Shown: one piece after another, positions 53,478-63,645 of the stretch
Numbering within the stretch: position 1 is the first letter of the stretch
Layout: each line of letters opens with the position of its first letter
Assembly: GCA_902635945.1 (NCBI GenBank)
Contig: CACPPU010000001.1
Coordinates: 364,955 to 428,954 of the forward strand
DNA from: an uncultured Candidatus Actinomarina sp.
GTDB lineage: Bacteria; Actinomycetota; Acidimicrobiia; Actinomarinales; Actinomarinaceae
Direction: 5' to 3'
DNA: 64,000 nt
The notes under the pieces: generated by a model
The model's input: only the letters and a program-made list of their open reading frames with translations
What the model was told of the DNA's origin: nothing
Database searches by the model: none
Translations under genes and position numbers: made by a program

Positions 53478-55108
53478 TTATCTAAGTTAACGATTTTAAA
53501 ATATTTTGATTTCGTAATAGTGAAGTTATCTCGATTGGGGGAACATTCAATATTCGCCCAGCACTGATCTCCATCTTTAGGAAAAGATCTATCATATAAT
53601 TTAGATACTTCTGGTTCTGGAATTGTATAGTTTGGATGATTAAAGAAATCAAAATTTCTGTAACTATCTAATCTTACAAAAGAGACAACAGCAATAATAA
53701 ACAAGAATTGTAAAAATTGTTTTGAAAAATTTACTCTGGGAAATCTGTTAAAACCTATTAATGCAATTAATAATATTTGAATTGCCATTATGTATCTTGG
53801 GTCTGGACCAAAATTCAAATAAAATAAAATATTTAAAAACAATATAGTTCTTATTGGAAAATTTTTATTTCTTACTTTGGAGTTATTAATAGTTGTTTTT
53901 GAAAATACTACAAAAGCAATTATTAAATATGATATTGTATAGTTTAATAAAATTGTAAAGTTCATATTGATTTCTATGTAATCTTTAAACCAATTTACAA
54001 GTGAGTCGCCGAAATTATAGGAATTACTATAACCTATTGATATGTCTTGTATAACTTTTATATTTTGTTCATTGGACCAACTAAATTGATCAAAACAAGA
54101 AGCAGCTAAAGGGAATATTAAGCATCCAGTGTTGAGTAATGACTTTAATAACCAAAATATGCCGATAGTTGAAAACAATAAGAAATCTGAGAATTTAATT
54201 TTCTGAAGTTTATCTTCTTTTATTAGGTGAACCACGTAAAAAATATAAAAGCTAAATATCATAACACCGCTTACTTTCAGTTGATAAATAAAAAGAGACA
54301 AATAAGATACAATTAAAAAATTAAACGAATCAAATTTTTTATTTTTTACATTGTAAATAATTAATACTGCTGTAATTACAAATAAAACTGCAACTGCAAC
54401 ATCTTGCTTACCAATTCCTTGAATATAAATAAGTCCATTTCTTCCTCCTGAATAACCAAAGTTATCAAAAATTGAAAAAATAAGGAGTGAGATTCCAATA
54501 TTTTTTAAATAATTAATTTCATTATTAAAAATTAAATCATAAATGATTTCAAAAAAGAATCCAATAAAAATAAGGCTTAGAAAATGAAGTAAAACATAAG
54601 ATCTATCTAGCCAAAGAAAACTTGAAATATATTCATATATAGATCCAACACCATAGGGACCATATATATTTGATATCCCTAGTATGATATTGTTCTCTCT
54701 TAATAACATCTGATTATTTAAATGATATAAACCGGCATCGTAATGAAAATAAACATTGGATGAAGAAATTAATAGAGTTATATATATTGGAAATTTTGCA
54801 ATAGTCTTTTTAAAAATATTAAAATTTAAAGGATATTTGATATTTATTAAAATAATCAGAAAAAATAGATATGTTAAATTGCTCTTTATAGGAAAAAAGA
54901 AATTAAAAAATACCAAGAAGTTACCAACAAAAATTAAACCAAATATAGGATAAATAATTTGCGAGTCGAGATTCAGAATTTTTTTGTTATCAATTTTTTT
55001 ATCTTTGTTAATAATTAAAACAAAAGACCTGCCAATCAGAAATAGTAAACAATAAAATATAAAAAACTTAACAGTTAAAAAAATAAATGTTTCAGTTAAG
55101 TTTTCCAT
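53474..55108 (-). CDS. Large polytopic membrane protein, unknown family; paralogue of 40135-41847
   Basis: 544 aa. See the shared blocks listed for 40135-41847. It converges on the Dpm1-like GT2 gene with a 4-nt overlap. Confidence 0.5.
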   Translation of the reverse strand: MENLTETFIFLTVKFFIFYCLLFLIGRSFVLIINKDKKIDNKKILNLDSQIIYPIFGLIFVGNFLVFFNFFFPIKSNLTYLFFLIILINIKYPLNFNIFKKTIAKFPIYITLLISSSNVYFHYDAGLYHLNNQMLLRENNIILGISNIYGPYGVGSIYEYISSFLWLDRSYVLLHFLSLIFIGFFFEIIYDLIFNNEINYLKNIGISLLIFSIFDNFGYSGGRNGLIYIQGIGKQDVAVAVLFVITAVLIIYNVKNKKFDSFNFLIVSYLSLFIYQLKVSGVMIFSFYIFYVVHLIKEDKLQKIKFSDFLLFSTIGIFWLLKSLLNTGCLIFPLAASCFDQFSWSNEQNIKVIQDISIGYSNSYNFGDSLVNWFKDYIEINMNFTILLNYTISYLIIAFVVFSKTTINNSKVRNKNFPIRTILFLNILFYLNFGPDPRYIMAIQILLIALIGFNRFPRVNFSKQFLQFLFIIAVVSFVRLDSYRNFDFFNHPNYTIPEPEVSKLYDRSFPKDGDQCWANIECSPNRDNFTITKSKYFKIVNLDN

Positions 55109-55188
55109 AAAATTTTCACCATCTTTAATTAATTATATAAATTTAGTAATGTGAATTCGATAATTAAAAAGTATTAAAATATTTTATA

Positions 55189-55575
55189 ATGATTAAAAAT
55201 TTTCTTCGACTATTTCTCTTATTTATCTTAAATTACTCAGTTTTGTTTTTTAGCAACAATGCAAATGTTTATCAATTATTTCTAGATTTAAATAAAGTAA
55301 ACTTAATTTCTAGTTTTAATGAAATAACAATTTATGCTGTAATTTCTACTTCAGTACCTCTTTTAACATTGTTTTTAATATATTTTTTTAGACCTTTTAT
55401 TGAAATTTATCTTTTACATTTTCTGAAATTTAATTTTTATTTTTTGATAAATTTACTTTCGATTTCAACCATATATATTGTGTTGAGGATTTATGGCTAC
55501 GATAGGCTCAACCTGTTAATTTATTTAGTTCTTTCTTCTTTAATGCTTTATAAAACTGAGGGTTTAGGCAAATAA
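55189..55575 (+). CDS. Small 4-TM membrane protein
   Basis: 128 aa and hydrophobic. Its size and position would suit a GtrA-like flippase, but no GtrA motif was recognised. Confidence 0.3.
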   Translation: MIKNFLRLFLLFILNYSVLFFSNNANVYQLFLDLNKVNLISSFNEITIYAVISTSVPLLTLFLIYFFRPFIEIYLLHFLKFNFYFLINLLSISTIYIVLRIYGYDRLNLLIYLVLSSLMLYKTEGLGK

Positions 55576-55577
55576 CA

Positions 55578-57278
55578 TCAGGGATTCTTAATAAAAAGAT
55601 CAATCTCAACATATGGATCATGATAATAATCTCTATTTGGATTGTTTAAATACTTATCTGTATTGAATTGATAATAATTTTTTTTATAATCTGTGATTTC
55701 ACAATTAAAAAACTCTGATCCAACATTTGTAGGAAAACCATTAATAATTGCCTGAGGGGTACAAACTATAACATCTGGTTCTAATTCAATATAATAACTT
55801 AAGTGTGAATATTCGTTAGTCTTCAGCAAGCCAGTCTGGGTTAGCGCTTGAACTATATACTCTTCAAAATTATTATACGGATGAATTATATAAGATGTAT
55901 TTGGTTTTTCTAAATAATATAATAAAAGAAGGTGGTCAATGGCCAAAATATCAAAATCCTTACTATCAAGTTGGGAATCAATTTCTTTAGCAAGTTGATA
56001 AAGAGGGTAATTCTCAAAAGTATTTTCTAATGACTTGAGATTATTAGTTGAGGGAGTAAATGAAAATACAAATATCTGAAAAGCAGCAATTACTATTAAC
56101 AAATATAAAAATATTGATGATTTGTTAACTTCAAAATGTGAAATAAGAATTGACAAAAATACTATTGAGTAAAAAAGGTGGTGCTGATAATTATGACCTG
56201 CTATTACATAAATTGAAAATGACAAGATTAAATAAATTAGATTTAAATAAAGATTATTATTTTTATTTTTTTTACTAGTTAATTTTTTAAATAATATGAC
56301 TCCAACAGTTAATATTGAAAAAAATAAAAACTCATTATAGATAAAGTACCTTCTAAGCCATACGACTAATTCATAAATTTCAAAATTTCCTGAGTCAACA
56401 TAACCAAAAGGAATCTTTATATAATTTGTAAAATAAACATTTAATAGATTATTTGAGGCATAAATAATAATAAAAAATAAATGAGGAATTAAAAAAGCAA
56501 AAACAATATAAAAATAGTTTGCTATTTTATTACGTAAATTATCATCCAAAATAATCATTACAGCTAGTCCAATTAAAAAAATTGCAGAAGCTTGATTTAC
56601 TAAAGAAGAAAGTGAAATTAAAAAACTGCTAAATAAAATAATTTTTTTGTTAAGTTCATATTTTGTTAAAAGATAATATTGAAATGTTATAAATATTAAG
56701 CAATATATTTCAGACAATTCTGAAACATACCAAACATGACTAGTAATTGATAAAAATATTAATGTTGAAAAAATAGCTGTGACTGAATTCTTCGAGTTAA
56801 TTGATGAAATCTCATATATTAATAATGCTATAAAAAAAAGGAGGAGGTCATTTAGTAGTTTAAAAACTACTAAATTTTTAAAAGATAGTAAAGAAAGTGT
56901 TTTATACATATATAAAAATAGGGGACCTTTTGACTCCCATTGTTTTTCAAAAGGCAATTCAGAAAAACTAACATTTTGTGAGGCTACCAAATAAGATGGA
57001 ACATCAATAGAAATGATTTCATAGTTTAAATAGGTATTTTGGGTAATGATTAAATAACAAAAAAACAAAAAAACAATAATGTATTTATTTAAAGAAATAC
57101 TTAAGTTGATTTTAGTTTCTCTTTTATCAAAATAATAAATAAGAGTACCTAGAAAAACTATAAATAAAGATGTTTTTAATTTTATTGAAAGATTAATAAA
57201 AAAAATAAACGATAAGACAGCAAATATAAGGAGGTTTTCTTTTTCTGAAGTAATTTTTATAATTTTTTCTTTTATCAC
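55578..57278 (-). CDS. GT-C-fold polytopic glycosyltransferase (ArnT/PMT-like); paralogue of 30190-32022
   Basis: 566 aa. The loop YEIISIDVPSYLVASQNVSFSELPFEKQWESKGPLFLYMY and the C-terminal domain are homologous to the 610-aa protein. Confidence 0.6.
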   Translation of the reverse strand: MIKEKIIKITSEKENLLIFAVLSFIFFINLSIKLKTSLFIVFLGTLIYYFDKRETKINLSISLNKYIIVFLFFCYLIITQNTYLNYEIISIDVPSYLVASQNVSFSELPFEKQWESKGPLFLYMYKTLSLLSFKNLVVFKLLNDLLLFFIALLIYEISSINSKNSVTAIFSTLIFLSITSHVWYVSELSEIYCLIFITFQYYLLTKYELNKKIILFSSFLISLSSLVNQASAIFLIGLAVMIILDDNLRNKIANYFYIVFAFLIPHLFFIIIYASNNLLNVYFTNYIKIPFGYVDSGNFEIYELVVWLRRYFIYNEFLFFSILTVGVILFKKLTSKKNKNNNLYLNLIYLILSFSIYVIAGHNYQHHLFYSIVFLSILISHFEVNKSSIFLYLLIVIAAFQIFVFSFTPSTNNLKSLENTFENYPLYQLAKEIDSQLDSKDFDILAIDHLLLLYYLEKPNTSYIIHPYNNFEEYIVQALTQTGLLKTNEYSHLSYYIELEPDVIVCTPQAIINGFPTNVGSEFFNCEITDYKKNYYQFNTDKYLNNPNRDYYHDPYVEIDLFIKNP

Positions 57279-57330
57279 ATTAAAATATAAGCTGTATTAA
57301 GAATTTATCTTACTACTCTAAAGATTAATC

Positions 57331-58134
57331 ATGCTAGGTAATAAAGATATAAAAGTTAGCATTGCAATACCAACTTACAATTCTTCTAAATATTTGCATT
57401 CATGCCTAAAGAGTTTTTTAAAATTTAAAGCAGTCAATGAAATAATAATTCATGATGACTATTCAAGTCTTGAAGAATATAAAAAAATTAAAAATATTGC
57501 TAATAAAGTAAGTAATAAAGTAAACATAGAAGTTTATAGAAATAAAAGCAATTTAGGAGCCTATAAGAACAAATATAAAAATATTGAAAAATGTAGTAAT
57601 GATCTTGTATATCAAATTGATTCTGATAACATTATTGCCTCCAACTTTGATAAAGTTATAGAAAGTATTTACATTGAAAAAAATTTAAATTGTCTTTATT
57701 TACCATCAGAAATTATCCAATTTAGAAAATATCCATTTATTGCAAAGCAACTTAGTAAGTTTAATAATAGATATAAAGTCACTTTTACTAAAAACGATTT
57801 CATTTTCGATACTGAAGTTTTTAAAAAAGCAATTAGAGATGAGGCTAGGTTTACAGTAGACAAAAATATTAATTGGGTATTAAATTCCGGAAACTTTATT
57901 GTTTACAAAAATAATTATTTAGACGCCATGAAGTTCGGTTTCAATACTAATAAAAGATATCAAATGGATGCCGTTGCTATATCCTATTTTTGGATTAAAT
58001 CAAAAGGAATAATTAAGACACTAAAAAACCATAAACATTTCCACAGAAAAAGGCTAGACAGTGTATCGTTTGTTGAGAGCGATGGATCTTATGAGTTTCT
58101 ACAAGATATTAGAAGAAAGTTTTTAGATCTTTAA
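57331..58134 (+). CDS. GT2-family glycosyltransferase
   Basis: VSIAIPTYNSSKYLHSCLKS, IIHDDYSS and QIDSDN (DxD) are present. Confidence 0.65.
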   Translation: MLGNKDIKVSIAIPTYNSSKYLHSCLKSFLKFKAVNEIIIHDDYSSLEEYKKIKNIANKVSNKVNIEVYRNKSNLGAYKNKYKNIEKCSNDLVYQIDSDNIIASNFDKVIESIYIEKNLNCLYLPSEIIQFRKYPFIAKQLSKFNNRYKVTFTKNDFIFDTEVFKKAIRDEARFTVDKNINWVLNSGNFIVYKNNYLDAMKFGFNTNKRYQMDAVAISYFWIKSKGIIKTLKNHKHFHRKRLDSVSFVESDGSYEFLQDIRRKFLDL

Positions 58135-58135
58135 A

Positions 58136-59167
58136 TTATGGATTAACAGGATTTTCCCAAGTTGGAGAAATAAGTCCTTCTTTGAGCAAAGTCAACTCTT
58201 TTTTTGCTTCAATAATATCATGATCTACCATCATTTTAACTAAATCATTAAACTTTACCTTGGGTTCCCAGCCAAGTTCTTCTTTTGCTTTTTTTGGATC
58301 TCCTAAGAGATACTCAACTTCATTTGGTCTAAAAAATTTCTCGGAAGTTTGAACATATTCTTCATGATTTAAATCGACATAATTAAAAGCTTCTTCAACA
58401 AATTCTTTTACTGAATGGGTTTCGCCAGTCGCAATAACCCAATCGTCTGGTCTATTGTGTTGTAAAATTTTCCACATTGCTTCAACATAATCTCCTGCAA
58501 AGCCCCAGTCCCTAAAAGCTTCTAGGTTGCCTAAAGTTAATTTATTTTGAATTCCAACACTAATTCTTGCAACAGCCTTAGATATTTTCCTAGTAACAAA
58601 AGTTTCTCCTCTTCTAGGAGATTCGTGGTTAAACAATATTCCATTACACGCAAACAAATCATATGACTCCCTATATACTTTAGAAATTTCGTAAGCGAAC
58701 AACTTTGCAGCAGCATACGGACTTTTTGGTTCAAATTTTGAATCTTCGTTCAAATATTCTCTTGTTGCTCCACCGTACATTTCTGATGATGATGCTTGGT
58801 AAAATTTAATATCTTTGTTTACGTTTCTTATTGACTCTAGAAGGGACAGTGGCCCTATAGTGCTTGCTTGCGTTGTAAACATAGGGTTCTGAAATGAAAC
58901 AGCTACATGAGATTGAGCAGCTAAGTTATAAACTTCATTTGGGTTAATATTTGAAATTAAATTTGTAAGAGAAGAAGAATCTAGTAAGTCAGAATAGTAT
59001 AGAAATAAATTTTTACCCTGATATTCGGATATCAAATGATCAATCTTGCCTGTATTGATAGATGAAGATCTCCTAATTGTTCCATGAACTTCATAATTTT
59101 TTGAAATTAAAAAATCTGCAAGATAAGAGCCATCTTGACCGTTAATTCCTGTAATAAACGCTTTCAT
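58136..59167 (-). CDS. gmd: GDP-mannose 4,6-dehydratase
   Basis: FITGINGQDGSYLADFLISKNYEVHGTIRRSSSINTGKIDHL, SPYAAAKLFAYE and NGILFNHESPRRGETFVTRKI are present. This is the canonical GMD sequence pattern. Confidence 0.9.
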   Translation of the reverse strand: MKAFITGINGQDGSYLADFLISKNYEVHGTIRRSSSINTGKIDHLISEYQGKNLFLYYSDLLDSSSLTNLISNINPNEVYNLAAQSHVAVSFQNPMFTTQASTIGPLSLLESIRNVNKDIKFYQASSSEMYGGATREYLNEDSKFEPKSPYAAAKLFAYEISKVYRESYDLFACNGILFNHESPRRGETFVTRKISKAVARISVGIQNKLTLGNLEAFRDWGFAGDYVEAMWKILQHNRPDDWVIATGETHSVKEFVEEAFNYVDLNHEEYVQTSEKFFRPNEVEYLLGDPKKAKEELGWEPKVKFNDLVKMMVDHDIIEAKKELTLLKEGLISPTWENPVNP

Positions 59168-59246
59168 AAATTCCTATTTTAAAAATAATTATTATATTCA
59201 TTAATTTAACATTTATATACTAGTTGTTAACAAAAGTATTTATGAA

Positions 59247-60152
59247 ATGAATAAAAAAAAATTACGAATATATTTTACTGATTTTTGGCCTAACTTTAAT
59301 AATAATGATAATTATTTCTACAACCTTTTAAGTAAAAGATATGAAATTGATCTAGATCAAAATAACCCTGAGATACTATTTCATTCTGTCGATTATTCGG
59401 GTCAGGAAAATCATAAGCAATATAACAATGGTATTACCAAAAAAATATTTTTTACTGGAGAAAATATAATGCCTAATTTTGAAGAAACAGACTATTCTTT
59501 TTCATTTAATCCAGACCTTGGTGATAAAAATTATAGACTACCTTTATGGGTAATATTTATTAACTGGTTTAATTCAAACACTGACCCCCTGAGGGATCCT
59601 TCCTATTTAATGTCATTGGATAAATTACTAAAAAATAAGAATAAAAAGTCAAACTTTAAACCTTTTTTTTGTTCATTTATTGCTTCCAAACCAGTAGGTA
59701 AGAGAATGGAATTTGTACCGAGGTTAAATGAAGTAAAAAAAATACACAGTCTTGGAAGGCTCTATTCAAATTCATACTTAAAAATTAAAGGAAGGGGCGA
59801 TCATAAAAAAAAATTAAATTATATGAAATTATTTAAGTTTAATATAGCGTTTGAAAATTCTATCGGTAATGGCTATGTTACAGAAAAAATACTCCATTCT
59901 TTTTATTCAAACTCTATACCAATATATTGGGGAGACAAAAAAGTAAAGGACGATTTCAATTCAAATGCATTTTTGAATTATGATGATTTTAAAAATGAAG
60001 ATTTATTAATTGAAGAAGTAATAAAAATAAATAATAATAAATCTCATTATCTTAATTACTTAAACGAACCTATTTTTAAAAATAATAAAGTTCCAGAATT
60101 TTGCTTACCTGAAAATGTGTTAGATTTTATTACCAAAATAATCGAAAAATGA
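59247..60152 (+). CDS. GT10-family alpha-1,3(/4)-fucosyltransferase
   Basis: FCSFIASKP, FNIAFENSIGNGYVTEKI and IPIYWG match the GT10 motifs seen in Helicobacter FucT. Confidence 0.7.
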   Translation: MNKKKLRIYFTDFWPNFNNNDNYFYNLLSKRYEIDLDQNNPEILFHSVDYSGQENHKQYNNGITKKIFFTGENIMPNFEETDYSFSFNPDLGDKNYRLPLWVIFINWFNSNTDPLRDPSYLMSLDKLLKNKNKKSNFKPFFCSFIASKPVGKRMEFVPRLNEVKKIHSLGRLYSNSYLKIKGRGDHKKKLNYMKLFKFNIAFENSIGNGYVTEKILHSFYSNSIPIYWGDKKVKDDFNSNAFLNYDDFKNEDLLIEEVIKINNNKSHYLNYLNEPIFKNNKVPEFCLPENVLDFITKIIEK

Positions 60153-60847
60153 AGGAAAAGCTAAAGATATATGTTATTCACTATTCGAAATTGGTCGAAA
60201 GAAAAAAATATATGGATTTATTGTTGAATGACATAGGTATTGATCATCAGTACATAGATAACTTTGATAAGGAAAATTTAAAAGAAATTAATTTAAATAA
60301 ATACTACAAAGATAATAAAAATGAATTCTTAAAAAAAGTACAACTCTGGGGAAAAAGAGCAATTAATTATACTAAGTTAACTCCTGAAGAGATTTCATGC
60401 ACAATAAAACATGTTCAAGCTTTATATGAAATCAAAAATAATGATTACGAATATAGTTTGATTTTAGAAGACGATGTGATTCCTAAAATAGATAATTTTC
60501 TGCAAGAAATAAATAAATATATTTCTAAAAATAATAAATGGGACGTGTTATTAATTGGTGAAGGAATGGGTAAAAGTTTTAGAGATAGCAAAATAGGATT
60601 AAAACGATACAACCCATTTAAAAATATTTTTAAAATAAAACATCCCGCAACAAATTGCTTAGAAGCATATATTGTAAAAAAGAGTATTGTTGAAGATATC
60701 TTGGAAGAACTTTTACCATTTAATTTGGCTGCTGATTGGGAGCTTGCATACCAATTTTATAAAAAAGATTTAAATATTTATTGGACGAAAAAGCCTATTT
60801 TTTCTCAAGGGTCAAAAAATGGTACTTATAAATCTGAGCTAAGATAA
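60149..60847 (+). CDS. GT25-family glycosyltransferase (LgtB/Lic2B-like)
   Basis: IYVIHYSKLVERKKYM, the C..H block (SCTIKHVQAL) and ILEDDV are present. It overlaps the GT10 gene by 4 nt. Confidence 0.55.
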   Translation: MKEKLKIYVIHYSKLVERKKYMDLLLNDIGIDHQYIDNFDKENLKEINLNKYYKDNKNEFLKKVQLWGKRAINYTKLTPEEISCTIKHVQALYEIKNNDYEYSLILEDDVIPKIDNFLQEINKYISKNNKWDVLLIGEGMGKSFRDSKIGLKRYNPFKNIFKIKHPATNCLEAYIVKKSIVEDILEELLPFNLAADWELAYQFYKKDLNIYWTKKPIFSQGSKNGTYKSELR

Positions 60848-60853
60848 TCGTTA

Positions 60854-61732
60854 TTAAATTTGAGAATTTTTTTTATTAACTTTTGATTTATAATTTAGAA
60901 TTACTTTTTCAATATCTTCGTATTGCAAATAATCTTTCCTATAATTTTTATCAACCTCGTATTTATGATGCTTAACTTCTTTATGGGTCACCATTTCAGG
61001 ATTTAAGTGTTCAGGTAAATATAAATCTGTATAATAAAAATTTTCTAACTTGTTTGAAAGCAGTGCTGCAGCTATAGGAAATGTTCCGACACCTGATGTA
61101 GCAAGATTTTTAGCACTATAAAGCGTATTAAAGTCGTTTTCAAAAGATGAAGATTGGAACTCTATGTTATTTATTTTTTTTAATTCTTCACAAACTGGAT
61201 TAAGCATATCTTCACTAGTAACAACCAAAACTTTCTTATATTTGCTTGCAATTTGTATATAAAAATTTATAGGATTTTGAAAGTAATTTTTTACTGGAAG
61301 AGTAAATATATCACCACTTCTAATATGAATAACTAAAGTATCTTCATCAATGTTTTTTTCATTAAGAAATTTTATATTTGGAGATATTTCCTCTTTAAAA
61401 ATTTTTTGTATGTTTTTCTTTACATATTGTTCATCAAGCTTTCTTTTTGGAAAGTCTTGTTTTTCTAAAAAGTAGAAAAAACGGTAGTGTTTTTTAAAAA
61501 TAGAGAAATATTTAATAATGGGATTCGAAATTACATTAAATTCTTTAATGAATTCACTTTCATTAGAATAAAAATTACCTTTATTTCTTATACTGTAGAG
61601 TATTCCTATTCCAATTTGCTGAAGATTATTTCCAAATCTTGAAAAATAATAACTAATAGAGTAATTCTTAAAAGGAATAATTATGTTAAGTAATAATAAA
61701 ATTCTTACTCTATATTTTTTAAAATACTTCAT
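60854..61732 (-). CDS. Fucosyltransferase-superfamily-like protein (GT11/GT23-type motifs)
   Basis: LVIHIRSGDIF resembles the HxRRGD motif. VVTSEDMLNPV and NLATSGVGTFPIAAALL resemble motifs II/III. By-eye comparison only. Confidence 0.35.
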   Translation of the reverse strand: MKYFKKYRVRILLLLNIIIPFKNYSISYYFSRFGNNLQQIGIGILYSIRNKGNFYSNESEFIKEFNVISNPIIKYFSIFKKHYRFFYFLEKQDFPKRKLDEQYVKKNIQKIFKEEISPNIKFLNEKNIDEDTLVIHIRSGDIFTLPVKNYFQNPINFYIQIASKYKKVLVVTSEDMLNPVCEELKKINNIEFQSSSFENDFNTLYSAKNLATSGVGTFPIAAALLSNKLENFYYTDLYLPEHLNPEMVTHKEVKHHKYEVDKNYRKDYLQYEDIEKVILNYKSKVNKKNSQI

Positions 61733-61788
61733 AAACTATCTAAATTTTAACTTACTTTCTTATTGTTAATACTAACTAATATATTTTT

Positions 61789-62589
61789 ATGGAATCAATA
61801 TCAATTTTTACAACAATGACAAACCCTGATGATCGAAATGATCCATGGAAAGAGTCACTAAACTGTTACCACTCATTTGCAGATGAAGTTATTGTTGTTG
61901 GAAAAGATTGGCCAGAAGAATTTGATTGGGGTATTTTTAATAAAATTTACCAAAATGGATTTGATAAATGTACCACAGACTGGGTAATGAGAATGGATCT
62001 TGATTACTTCATACACGAAAATGATTTTGATGAAATTAAAAATAATATCGATAAATTTAAAAATTCGCCTGCGATTGTCATGCCTCAATATCAATTTTTT
62101 ACACACGACAGGTACCAAATAAAAACAAAGCTTTGTTTATTACTTAATAAAAAGAAATTTCCTGAAATAAAACTTAATGGTGGAACAGATAGAATGTTAG
62201 CTACTTTAAATGGAGAGTTGTTAACCTACAAAAATGTACCACAAATTAAAACACCTATATGGCAGTACGACTCAATGTTTAGGACAAAAAAAATTATATC
62301 TGATGACAGAGCGAGGTTTGCAAGAGCATGGAGAAGAACTTTTGGAAATTATGGTGATAGAGGTGGTGACGATCCTGAAATAGCATTTGATGCATGGTTT
62401 GAAATGATAAAGAAAAGATATAAAAAACATCTTTTCAAAAAAAATATTGATGATCATCCAAGTTTTATTAAAGAAAAACTTCAAACATTAAACGAAGATC
62501 AGTTTGGTTTTAGTGCATTTGGATTAAAAAATAATACAAACTTTAAATATTCAGAATTACCGAGAGAACTCAAAAAGAAATATTTTTAA
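61789..62589 (+). CDS. Hypothetical protein, possible GT-A-fold glycosyltransferase
   Basis: 266 aa. N-terminal ISIFTTMTNPDD...ADEVIVVG and a later MDLDYF (DxD-like) are present. The call is weak. Confidence 0.3.
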   Translation: MESISIFTTMTNPDDRNDPWKESLNCYHSFADEVIVVGKDWPEEFDWGIFNKIYQNGFDKCTTDWVMRMDLDYFIHENDFDEIKNNIDKFKNSPAIVMPQYQFFTHDRYQIKTKLCLLLNKKKFPEIKLNGGTDRMLATLNGELLTYKNVPQIKTPIWQYDSMFRTKKIISDDRARFARAWRRTFGNYGDRGGDDPEIAFDAWFEMIKKRYKKHLFKKNIDDHPSFIKEKLQTLNEDQFGFSAFGLKNNTNFKYSELPRELKKKYF

Positions 62590-63593
62590 AAAGATTTGAA
62601 AGCCTGATCTAATTGTCTGTGCATTGATTCAAAGGATAAATTTTCTGCAATATATTCTGATGAATTGTAAATATTTGAATCAACATTTTCTATAAAATGT
62701 TCAAAAATGTCATCAAAAGAATTTAAATCATTTACAATTTCTCCACAAGACTTGTCCCAATAGGGAACTGTTGTTCCGTGAAAGGATTTACCCTCATAGT
62801 TGTTTATTGAAGAATTTAATATAAGTAAAGGTAAGTTTGTCGCCATTATTTCATTTATTGCAATGCCTTGACTTTCTGTTCTTCCTAAAACTATTCCGTA
62901 CTTTGACTTTTTAGCAACTTTAATCAACTGTCTATTTTTATATTTTCCGTACTCGTATATTTCGAAACTTATGTTTTTTGCTTTAAGCTTAGCTTTTACA
63001 TATTCCAATTCTGTTTTTTTTCTACCTTTGAAATAAATTAAGCATTGATTATTAATTCTTTTCTTTTTTTTTGCAAATAAATATATCTCTTTAGTTGATT
63101 GAATTCCTACAGGCAATAACAGGAACTTTTCAGATGAAACTAAATCTTTCGCAATATTTTTCATAGTTTCCATAGACGATTCAGAAGCAACCACTATTTT
63201 TAAGTTTTCATGTTCAGTTGTTAGTTTTGCCAGGTTTTTAAAATTATCAACTGTATAAAGTGGTCCAATAATTAATTTATTGCTTTTGTTTTTTAATAAA
63301 TTTTTTACTAATTTTAAATTGTCCTGATCAAAGTTTATAAAATAATAGTTATTAAATTTTGATTGATTAAAAACAACATTTTTGTTACCTAAATAAGATT
63401 TCAATATATTATTAACTAGCTTTTGTGGTCCAGACTTTATAAAATTCTCATTTATTGGATAATTATTTTTATACGACTTTAAATAATAATTGTTTAAAAG
63501 TGATGATTGGCTTAAAGAAGAAGAAAATAGTTTTCTATGTTTTAACCAGTAATTAGGATCATAAAATATATTTAAATTTAACAATTTTTTCAA
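62586..63593 (-). CDS. GT-B-fold (GT4-like) glycosyltransferase
   Basis: The C-terminal GIVLGRTESQGIAINEIMATNLPLLILN fits the E-x7-E motif of retaining GT-B enzymes. Confidence 0.5.
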   Translation of the reverse strand: MKKLLNLNIFYDPNYWLKHRKLFSSSLSQSSLLNNYYLKSYKNNYPINENFIKSGPQKLVNNILKSYLGNKNVVFNQSKFNNYYFINFDQDNLKLVKNLLKNKSNKLIIGPLYTVDNFKNLAKLTTEHENLKIVVASESSMETMKNIAKDLVSSEKFLLLPVGIQSTKEIYLFAKKKKRINNQCLIYFKGRKKTELEYVKAKLKAKNISFEIYEYGKYKNRQLIKVAKKSKYGIVLGRTESQGIAINEIMATNLPLLILNSSINNYEGKSFHGTTVPYWDKSCGEIVNDLNSFDDIFEHFIENVDSNIYNSSEYIAENLSFESMHRQLDQAFKSF

Positions 63594-63645
63594 CTTAGAA
63601 TAAGAATAATGTCAAAAAAAGTTTATTGTTTTGAAAGTTTATACC

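Noticed and set aside
55189-55575. GtrA-like flippase assignment for the 128-aa membrane protein
   Set aside because: The size, 4-TM layout and neighbourhood fit, but I could not recognise GtrA family motifs. It is reported only as a small membrane protein.
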